Part shown: positions 40,137 through 50,071 of the stretch, one piece after another
Layout of the letters: every line of letters begins with the position of its first letter
How positions within the stretch are numbered: the stretch's first letter is position 1
Assembly: GCA_964016885.1 (NCBI GenBank)
Contig: OZ024741.1
Location: forward strand, 411,804,001-411,868,000
Direction of reading: 5' to 3'
DNA: 64,000 bases
Source of the DNA: Eledone cirrhosa
Taxonomy: Eukaryota
Notes under the pieces: model-generated
What the model was told of the DNA's origin: nothing
Seen by the model: the letters and a program-made list of their open reading frames with translations, nothing else
Databases searched by the model: none
Translations under genes and position numbers: made by a program

Positions 40137-41457
40137 CTAGCAGTGTATCCCGGCGTTGCACGGATAAGAACATTGGTAATAGCACCTCCAATGAGAAACG
40201 TTTATTTGTGAGTGCCTGTTAAAAAGTCATGAAAATATACCGACAGGAAACTTGTTTTATTTGGAGAAAATTAAGAAGTTGAAAGTACAGTTTAGCTGTC
40301 TACGTGCATTGTTCATAGAAATATTGTTGAGCCCCTTCTTTTCATACTCCTCTGTTTTGGCCTATTGGAGTAAATATGAAAGAGAAAGTCACAGGTTAAG
40401 TTGGCAGAAGGTCCCAGTGTCATAGCAGTAAGGCGTAGGCTACTTACCTCAAAAGTTCATTCGCACTTTTTCCACTAAGTTACTCTTTCTCTCTATCTCT
40501 CTCGGTGCAGTCCCTTGCGATTTTCTCGCGTAGGCCTGGTGTAGATTTGCGCCCAATCCATCTGCCCGATGCACATGTCTGCTTTTAGAGGAAGGAGTGA
40601 CCAGCAGTACGTTGTTCAGTATTATTACGAAAAAGGGCAGTGGATAAGCAGTATTGGTAGAGGGTCGGCCGCCATGCTTTGCAGCAAAGAGTTACAGCCC
40701 TTTATAGTCTGAGTTCAAATCCCGCCGAGGTTAACTTTGCCTTTCATCCTTACGGGGTCGATAAAATAAAGTACCAGTAATACAATGGGATAATTGCTGG
40801 CCTTGTGCCAAAAGTAGAAACAATTATTATGAAAAGGTGTAGCAGAGAATCCCACGTGAACTAACAGCTCCGGAGGAAACTGCTTACCTCGAAGATTCAT
40901 TCGCCATCGTTCTTGTCAATGCTCCGTTTAGTTGGTATTTGTTGGTCTACAGTTAGATGAATGGTGCACAAAGGGTTAATATTTATTGGCAAGAAGTGGC
41001 AACTGGGCTCGCTTGCCTCACTTATATTATATACTAAAATAACAGATTAAAGTTTAAGCAAAGAATCGCTGCTTTCACCCTTAACGGGATCTTCTGAAAC
41101 TAAAAAAAATTAATCTGTGAACGTAGAAGTAAATATTTTGAAAAACGTTGCAACTCAAGGAAAACAGGAAGACGATATTTTGGTTCGTGAAGACATTCCC
41201 TGGCAATGAACGGAAAATAGCGAACATAATACGTCATCAATGTTTGTCATATGCTGTAATGCAAACAGCCAGACAAACTGACAGATATTATAAGGGCGCG
41301 ACGGAGATCGATAACCGGTGCCTAACACCCCTTTAACAACAGAAAATTGAAGAATAAAAGTTGCAGTTAATATCTTTAGACCGCTAGGAATATATAAATG
41401 CAAGTTTGAAGTCAATCGGAGTAGAAATGTGGATTTGTATAGACTTTGCAAAAATGA

Positions 41458-41523
<66 letters not shown>

Positions 41524-41545
41524 CAGTTTTATATTTATGTATAGA
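40137..41545 (-). mobile_element. Non-autonomous Helitron
   Basis: On the minus strand it starts A|TC at 41545, carries (TG)n near the 5' end, and ends with a GC-rich hairpin (CCGTGCAACGCCGG) followed by CTAG|T at 40137; no TSD. Confidence 0.8.
40632..40830 (+). mobile_element. tRNA-derived SINE with a Deu/Nin-like domain, nested in the Helitron
   Basis: GAGTTCAAATCC B box followed by GCCTTTCATCCTTACGGGGTCGATAAAATAAAGTACCAG and GCTGGCCTTGTGCC...AGTAGAAAC; a sister copy lies at 62420-62609. Confidence 0.75.
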
Positions 41546-41796
41546 TGAGAAAGGTTTAGATTAATGTGTGTATCTCCTTACAATGGTTTCTACTTTAGGC
41601 ACAAGGCCAACAATTTAGGGCGAGAGGAAAGTCGATTGAATTGACTCCAGTGCATTACTGGTACTTTATTTTATTGACCCAGTAATTGTTTCTGATTTAG
41701 GCAGAAAGCCAGCAATATGGTGGGTGAGGAAAGTCCACTCTGTATGCTGATCCAGTGCCACAACAACAAAAGTACCCAGTTCACCCAGTAAGGGTC

Positions 41797-43806
41797 AGAA
41801 AGAGACATAACAGGAAGGGAGAAAGAGACATAACAGGAAGGGAGAAAGAGACATAACTAGAAGGGAGAAAGAGACATAACAAGAAGGGAGAAAGAGACAT
41901 AACTGGAAGGGAGAAAGAGACATAACAGGAAGGGAGAAAGAGACATAACAGGAAGGGAGAAAGAGACATAACTAGAAGGGAGAAAGAGACATAACAGGAA
42001 GGGAGAAAGAGACATAACAGGAAGCGAGAAAGAGACATAACAGGAAGCGAGAAAGAGACATAACAGGAAGGGAGAAAGAGACATAACTGGAAGGGAGAAA
42101 GAGACATAACTGGAAGGGAGAAAGAGACATAACAGGAAGGGAGAAAGAGACATAACAGGAAGGGAGAAAGAGACATAACTGGAAGGGAGAAAGAGACATA
42201 ACAGGAAGGGAGAAAGAGACATAACAGGAAGGGAGAAAGAGACATAACTGGAAGAGAGAAAGAGACATAACTGGAAGGGAGAAAGAGACATAACAGGAAG
42301 GGAAAAAGAGACATAACTGGAAGAGAGAAAGAGACATAACTGGAAGAGAGAAAGAGACATAACTGGAAGGGAGAAAGAGACATAACAGGAAGGGAGAAAG
42401 AGACATAACTGGAAGAGAGAAAGAGACGTAACTGGAAGGGAGAAAGAGACATAGCTGGAAGGGAGAAAGAGACATAACTGGAAGGGAGAAAGAGACATAA
42501 CTGGAAGGGAGAAAGAGACATAACTGGAAGGGAGAAAGAGACATAACAGGAAGGGAGAAAGAGACATAACTGGAAGGGAGAAAGAGACATAACAGGAAGG
42601 GAGAAAGAGACATAACTGGAAGGGAGAAAGAGACATAACAGGAAGGGAGAAAGAGACATAACTGGAAGGGAGAAAAGACATAACAGGAAGGGAGAAAGAG
42701 ACATAACTGGAAGGGAGAAAGAGACATAACTGGAAGGGAGAAAGAGACATAACTGGAAGGGAGAAAGAGACATAACTGGAAGGGAGAAAGAGACATAACT
42801 GGAAGGGAGAAAGAGACATAACTGGAAGGGAGAAAGAGACATAACAGGAAGGGAGAAAGAGACATAACTGGAAGGGAGAAAGAGACATAACTGGAAGGGA
42901 GAAAGAGACATAACAGGAAGGGAGAAAGAGACATAACTGGAAGGGAGAAAGAGACATAACTGGAAGGGAGAAAGAGACATAACTGGAAGGGAGAAAGAGA
43001 CATAACTGGAAGGGAGAAAGAGACATAACAGGAAGGGAGAAAGAGACATAACTGGAAGGGAGAAAGAGACATAACAGGAAGGGAGAAAGAGACATAACTG
43101 GAAGGGAGAAAGAGACATAACAGGAAGGGAGAAAGAGACATAACTGGAAGGGAGAAAAGATATAACAGGAAGGGAGAAAGAGACATAACTGGAAGGGAGA
43201 AAGAGACATAACAGGAAGGGAGAAAGAGACATAACTGGAAGGGAGAAAGAGACATAACAGGAAGCGAGAAAGAGACATAACAGGAAGCGAGAAAGAGACA
43301 TAACAGGAAGGGAGAAGGAGACATAACTGGAAGGGAGAAAGAGACATAACTGGAAGGGAGAAAGAGACATAACTGGAAGGGAGAAAGAGACATAACAGGA
43401 AGCGAGAAAGAGACATAACTGGAAGGGAGAAAGAGACATAACTGGAAGGGAGAAAGAGACATAACAGGAAGCGAGAAAGAGACATAACTGGAAGGGAGAA
43501 AGAGACATAACAGGAAGGGAGAAAGAGACATAACAGGAAGTTAGAAAGAGACATAACAGGAAGCGAGAAAGAGACATAACTGGAAGGGAGAAAGAGACAT
43601 AACAGGAAGGGAGAAAGAGACATAACTGGAAGGGAGAAAGAGACATAACAGGAAGGGAGAAAGAGACATAACTGGAAGGGAGAAAGAGACATAACTGGAA
43701 GGGAGAAAGAGACATAACTGGAAGGGAGAAAGAGACATAACTGGAAGGGAGAAAGAGACATAACAGGAAGGGAGAAAGAGACGTAACAGGAAGCAAGAAA
43801 GAGACA
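41797..43806. repeat. 23-bp purine-rich minisatellite, left part
   Basis: Unit GAGACATAAC(A/T)GGAAG(G/C)GAGAAA. Confidence 0.97.
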
Positions 43807-45744
43807 TATAGCGAAGATACTCGTGTGTATGAATGTAACAAGGAGACATGGTTTGTGTGTATAATATTTAATTAACAATTTAACAGTATAGTTGACATGT
43901 CAATGAATAAACGAAAGAATGAAGCAAAGTTAGTAGTTACCGTTTTGATTGCCAGGCAAACGCAGGCTGGCAGAAGACGCCTGGCGAAGGCCAGGCACCG
44001 GAAGGGCTAATGAGAGGTTGAGAACTTAAAGTTGTTAGTTTTATAGGGTTCTGACCGGATGTTAGAGAAAGGGTTCTACTTCCCGTCTAGATGTTGTTAA
44101 TCTATTGGGGTTGTGAGTCACAACAAGGGAGGCCACTGCTACATAACCTCCCGCCAGAATTTTAGAATATAAAAATCGAATGAAATATGTAGCAAGTTGG
44201 CGAGAATGTTGTAACAGGCATGAAAATTACGACAAAAGAATGTTTGCAAAAATCAATGATAGATGTCAAGGTAGCTAACCGCTCTTGGCCAGAGAACGAC
44301 TGGACCTCTATCTATCCATCACCCAAAGATACAATGTAATAAAGTAAGAGAAGAGCTCAAAGTTCAAATGTACAAAATATAGTTCACAGGTGTGCAATCA
44401 CATGACAGCAGGAAAGAAAGTGTGTTCCAGAGAATGTATGCAGGTGGTTTCTGTTCTGTGGTAGATCGTGAAATTTCCAACCTCCGAATGGATTTTCTCA
44501 CAGGAAGAGTGCTGCAAAAATAAATTCTCTGGCTTGTTCTGCTGGTGAAGCTGTGTTGCTGCCTCGCGGAGTGAGCGTATTCGGTGTTTAAATTCACAGT
44601 AAAAAAAATTTTTTCAGAAAAAATGAGTTGCGCAAAGTGCTAGAAATAACAGCCGAAGTTGATGGTCGATGTTGAGAATGCGTTGACCTGGAATGGTCAA
44701 GAGGCCAGCGACCAAAGAAATAAGCATTCTGAATAAATGCGCAGTTTTCAACGGCAAATTTACGTGGTAAATTTTTAAAGCAGCAAATAGGAGAATATAG
44801 CTTAAGGCTGAAGAATCCTTGGCGAGAAACGTTATCTCTGGCGTGCGGCTATCTCTGTGAGTCGAGAATTTGTGCTGCCTACACGTGCCAATACAAGGTT
44901 AAGTTAGGTTTAAAAAAATAATATTTCTAACGCGCGAGAAAATGATAGTGCAAGTGTGAAAGTGACAATGATGAAAAAGAAAGGCTTCACTTAGCATAAT
45001 TATTGGTGTGAACTTTGAAAAAAAACTTGAACGATGAAGAAAACGATGAAAAAAAAAAGGGGGCAATGGTTCATCGAAAATAAATGTTCCTGTTGAAATG
45101 TTTTTAAAAAAAAAAATATCAAATTTCTTTTTTTTTTTTTTTTTTTTTGAAAGTGTTCGTTGTAAGAAACGAGAAACATATATATATATCGTGAAATGCG
45201 ACGGTTAGTTGATGCGTGAGAGAAAAAGTCTGTCTGAACGCGAATTTCACATGTGCGTGTGTGCGTTTCTTTGAGTATTTTCATAGTTTGTCAATAAATT
45301 TGCTGTGTATTCGTAATGTTACTCACACAACACAAGATTCTGCTATTTTTTTTTTTTCGGGGTGACCACTTATAACAATGAACGGCTGCGTGTTCGTATC
45401 ACGTCAGGGTTACCAATATAGCGAAGATACTGAGTTGTATGAATGTAACAAGGAGACATGGTTTGTGTGTATAATATTTAATCAACAATTTAACAGTATA
45501 GTTGACATGTCAAAGAAGAATGAAGCAAAGTTAGTAGTTACCGTTTTGATTGCCAGGCAAACGCAGGCTGGCAGAAGACACCTGGCGAAGGCCAGGCGCC
45601 GGAAGGGCTAATGAGAGGTTGAGAACTTAAAGTTGTTAGTTTTATAGGGTTCTGGCCGGATGTTACAGAAAGGGTTCTACTTCCCGTCTAGATGTTGTTA
45701 ATCTATTGGGGTTGTGAGTCACAACAAGGGAGGCCACTGCTACA
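43807..45744 (-). mobile_element. Non-autonomous LTR retroelement (1938 bp, non-coding interior) inserted in the 23-bp array
   Basis: Direct repeats 43807-44143 and 45417-45744. On the minus strand the LTR reads TGTAG...CTATA; PBS TGGTAACCCTGACGTGAT begins 1 nt after the 5' LTR; PPT-like GGCGGGAGG precedes the 3' LTR; 4-bp TSD GACA at 43803-43806 and 45745-45748. Confidence 0.9.
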
Positions 45745-46380
45745 GACATAACAGGAAGGGAGAAAGAGACATAACTGGAAGGGAGAAAGAGACATAACAG
45801 GAAGCGAGAAAGAGACATAACTGGAAGGGAGAAAGAGACATAACTGGAAGGGAGAAAGAGACATAACAGGAAGCGAGAAAGAGACATAACTGGAAGGGAG
45901 AAAGAGATATAACAGGAAGGGAGAAAGAGACATAACAGGAAGCGAGAAAGAGACATAACAGGAAGGGAGAAAGAGACATAACAGGAAGGGAGAAAGAGAC
46001 ATAACAGGAAGCGAGAAAGAGACATAACAGGAAGGGAGAAAGAGACATAACAGGAAGCGAGAAAGAGACATAACTGGAAGGGAGAAAGAGACATAACAGG
46101 AAGCGAGAAAGAGACATAACAGGAAGCGAGAAAGAGACATAACAGGAAGGGAGAAAGAGACATAACTGGAAGGGAGAAAGAGATATAACAGGAAGGGAGA
46201 AAGAGACATAACAGGAAGCGAGAAAGAGACATAACAGGAAGGGAGAAAGAGACATAACTGGAAGGGAGAAAGAGACATAACAGGAAGCGAGAAAGAGACA
46301 ACAGGAAGTGAGAAAGAGACATAACAGGAAGCGAGAAAGAGACAACAGGAAGTGAGAAAGAGACATAACAGGAAGGGAAC
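45745..46380. repeat. 23-bp minisatellite, right part
   Basis: Same unit as 41797-43806, resuming after the LTR element. Confidence 0.97.
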
Positions 46381-46451
46381 TCTTTAACCATCCAACCATC
46401 TCCAATGTTTTATTTTCAGGTTGATAATATCTTGTTTCTTTGTCTTTCTAG

Positions 46452-46657
46452 GTTGGGTTGGTGTAAGTACCAAAAATGACCATCACATCACATTGACAGC
46501 TTATACCCCAGGTGGGTACGGCTGCTTCAAACGACCCGCTTTGTTACCCAATGCTGTTAACCTGAAGAATAAACGTATTCGTGGCCAGCCGTATTATAGA
46601 ATGTCAAAGTGCCTTTCTCTTGTAAAACTACCTCCAATAAAACATTCACATCTGTAG
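46452..46657 (+). CDS. NOA1: NOA1 terminal coding exon
   Basis: TTTCTAG|GT, phase 1, completing the Gly codon from the previous exon; GWVGVS...LTAYTPGGYGCFKRPALLPNAVNLKNKRIRGQPYY...HL then TAG. SSxGWV and R-P-LLP--VN---KR match the NOA1 C-terminus. Confidence 0.9.
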
Positions 46658-46710
46658 TTGGTCTCTTGTAAAATATTTATATATTCAACCTTTTAACACC
46701 AAACCCAGAC

Positions 46711-48890
46711 TAATGAAAGGGTTAAACAACATAGACCAGTGTCTTACATTAGAAATATGGTAATGAAAGGGTTAAACAACATAGACAGTGTCTTACATTA
46801 GAAATATGGTAATGAAAGGGTTAAACAACATAGACAGTGTCTTACATTAGAAATATGGTAATGAAAGGGTTAAACAACATAGACAGTGTCTTACATTAGA
46901 AATATGGTAATGAAAAGGGTTAAACAACATAGACAGTGTCTTACATTAGAAATATGGTAATGAATGGGTTAAACAACATAGACAGTGTCTTATATTAGAA
47001 ATATGGTAATGAAACGGTTAAACAACAAAGACAGTGTCTTACATTAGAAATATGGTAATGAAAGGGTTAAACAACATAGACAGTGTCTTTCATTAGAAAT
47101 ATGGTAATGGAAGGGTTAAACAACATAGACAGTGTCTTTCATTAGAAATATGGTAATCAAAGGGTTAAACAAAATAGACAGTGTCTTACATTAGAAATAT
47201 GGTAATGAAAGGGTTAAACAACATAGACAGTGTCTTACATTAGAAATATGGTAATGAAAGGGTTAAACAACATAGACAGTGTCTTACATTAGAAATATGG
47301 TAATGACAGGGTTAAACAACAGACAGTGTCTTTCATTAGAAATATGGTAATGAAAGAGTTAAACAACATAGACAGTGTCTTACATTAGAAATATGGCAAT
47401 GAAAGGGTTAAACAACATAGACAGTGTCTTACATTAGAAATCATCATCATCATCACCGTTTTACGTCCGTTCTTCCATGCTAGCATGGGTTAGACGGGTT
47501 GTCCTGTTGTGGGCAGTGTCTAGTCGGCTGACCATGCCTTGCTCATACAGGAGCTGATTTGGCTTCATTTCTATAGCTGGATGCCCTTCCTAACACCAAC
47601 CTCATTTACAGTGAGTGCTTTTTCGTGGCGCCTACACGTCCACTTTACAGTGTGGGCTTGGTGCTTTTTTGCCGTGGCACCTCCACGATCACCTTGCGGG
47701 GTGGGGGGGGGGGGGCATATTGTCTATATGCTTCAGCTTGTACCCATGGGAGGTCGGGTACTCTGTATTACTGCGTGACACCAGAGGTCACGGTCGTGTG
47801 TCATTGCCTTTGAGAGGTGTAATTGGGTAAAGTCGGCTTTTATCACCTCATCCCAGCTCATCTTGGGTCTCCCCACTCCGCGGTTTCCATCGACTTCTAG
47901 TGCTCTGCACCTTTTTATGCAGCTGTCATCCTTCATACGCATCACATGTCCATACCAGCGCAACCGCCTCTCCTGCACATAGCAGTCTCTCTCTCAATTC
48001 ATTTATGCTTTGTCGTTCGCGTATATTACTATTACACATCCATCGGAGCATGCAGGCTTCGTTTCTCTCTAATCTACGTAAGTCTTCCACCTTCAGCGCC
48101 CAGGTCTCACTACCATGCAACATCGCTGTTCGGATACACGCATCATACAGTCTGCCTTTCATTCTGAGGGAGAAGCCTTTTGCAGCTAGCAGTGGTAGTA
48201 GTTCCCTAAACTTCTTCCATCCCGTTCTTACCCTAGTTATTGTACTTTCTGAACACCCACCTCCGCTGCTAATTCGGTCACCTAGGTAGCAGAAGCTGTC
48301 TACTGTTTTTACAGAGCCCTCCCAGAGATTGGTGGTACTTGTTTCCTGTGGCTGTTTGCTGCTTGCTATCCAAGCACAGTTGCTGCATGTGAAGCCTACA
48401 TTCTTAATTAAGCTTCCTGAGATCCCGCTACATCTCTTGTGTACCCACTGTTTGCATTTGGGGCAGAGAATGGAGTTCCTACCTACACCTTTCCTACATA
48501 CTGAGCAAGGCCATTTCCCTGAGGGGATCTGGGTTCTGTTTTCTAAATATGGTAATGAAAGAGTTAAACAACATAGACAGTGTCTTTCATTAGAAATATG
48601 GTAATGAAAGGGTTAAACAACATAGACAGTGTCTTACATTAGAAATATGGTAATGAAAGGGGTAAACAACATAGACAGTCTTTCATTAGAAATATGGTAA
48701 TGGAAGGGTTAAACAACATAGACAGTGTCTTACATTAGAAATATGGTAATGAAAAGGGTTAAACAACATAGACAGTGTCTTACATTAGAAATATGGTAAT
48801 GGAAGGCTTAAACAACATAGACAGTGTCTTACATTAGAAATATGGTAATGGAAGGGTTAAAGACAACATAGATAATGTCTCATTAGAAAT
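46711..48890. repeat. 49-bp minisatellite just downstream of the NOA1 stop, split by an RTE insertion
   Basis: Unit TAATGAAAGGGTTAAACAACATAGACAGTGTCTTACATTAGAAATATGG at 46711-47440 and 48545-48890. Confidence 0.95.
47441..48545 (-). mobile_element. RTE LINE 3' fragment
   Basis: KGRLYDACIRTAMLHGSETW, RLRWYGHVMRM; (CAT)n tail at 47441; inserted within the 49-bp array. Confidence 0.95.
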
Positions 48891-48892
48891 AA

Positions 48893-49318
48893 GGTAACGA
48901 AAGGTATATGTATAATGCCTGTGTGCAATGCTGCATGGTTGTGAAACATGGGCTGTGACTGCAGAGGACATGTGTAGACTGGAAAGAAATGAAGCAACCA
49001 TGTTTCTTTGGATGTGTAAATGTGAAAGAAAAGCAAAGCTCTGACAAGCTTAGAGAGAAGCTGGGTTGCTGGGGAATCCGAGATGGTGTGCAGGATAGAA
49101 AACTGCATTGGGGTGGACATGTAGTGCGCATGAAAAATGACTGATGGGTGAAGAAATGCCAGGAAATCCCAGTGGAAGGAAGCAGCAGTAGAACACAACC
49201 AAGAAAGACCTGGGCAGAGGTTGTCAGAGTGGACTTCAAATTGCTGAGACTGGCATGCGGCAAGAGTGAAGAGATGTTGTGCTGAGAAGGACCTGTCCAA
49301 CCCATGCAAGCATGATGA
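48893..49318 (+). mobile_element. Old, diverged RTE 3' fragment
   Basis: Degenerate LHGCETWAV, LERNEA and PRKTWAEVV, ending ...GGACCTGTCCAACCCATGCAAGCATGATG. Confidence 0.85.
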
Positions 49319-49692
49319 TATATACATACACACACACATATATCATCATCATCACTGTTTTCTGTCCATTTTTCCATGCTTGCATGAGTTAGATGGGTCA
49401 TCCATGTTGGGAAACAACAATTGTCAATTATAGATTGTTTTCTCTCAGCCCCTGCTGGAACAAAACGATGACGTCATCGACCATGCGCTGTTTTATGTGG
49501 CTGTTTACTTGTAAACAAACCAATTATTGATAATGTTAAGATATTAGCATAATATTATTGTTATTCACTCATGAAAACAGGTATCCACGTTAAGAGCGAA
49601 AGCAAATATATATACATATATATAAAGGTGGTAGACTGGTAACTATACCCATTTTCTCCTCTTTTCCTTTTTTTACCCTTTTTTGGCCACAT

Positions 49693-49726
49693 CTTCTGAT
49701 GAAGGACCAGTATCCGAAACGTTGAG
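49693..49726 (+). ncRNA. Minimal type I hammerhead ribozyme motif (Penelope pLTR-type remnant)
   Basis: CTT-CTGATGA-AGGA-CCAGTA-TCC-GAAA-CG-TT-GAG: intact CUGAUGA and GAAA cores, stem II GGA/TCC, stem I CTT/GAG, palindromic AACGTT in place of stem III. Confidence 0.65.
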
Positions 49727-49829
49727 GCTTTTTTCCAACTCTGCTAAACATTATACTAATATAGCTTAATTGTATCGTGTTGTTCTCTTGTTCTTATTTC
49801 AACAACACCACGTCTGTTAGTCCTACTGC

Positions 49830-49960
49830 CCATGTGGTAGAACAGGTGGTAGATCATATGGTAGAACATGTGATAGATCATGTGGTAGATCATGTGATAG
49901 ATCATGTGGTAGATTATGTGATAGATCATGGTAGAACATGTGATAGATCATGTGGTAGAA
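49830..49960. repeat. 12-bp short tandem repeat
   Basis: GATCATGTG(A/G)TA repeats. Confidence 0.85.
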
Positions 49961-50071
49961 CACAAACGTATGTCCAGCTTTATATGTGATAACTCCACAA
50001 AATGTCCATCAACAGCCTAGGTGACATAACACAGCCACACCTGCCAGTCTACCTGACACACCACACCTGTC

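Noticed and set aside
41781-43878. Long 519-686-aa ORFs on the minus strand (also 45663-46405)
   Set aside because: They are translations of the 23-bp minisatellite, which nearly lacks stops in all three minus frames; the same 23-aa cycle appears in each frame.
45384-45415. Functional tRNA-Trp gene
   Set aside because: Only the 3' 32 nt are present, with encoded CCA and abutting an LTR; it is a PBS-derived copy.
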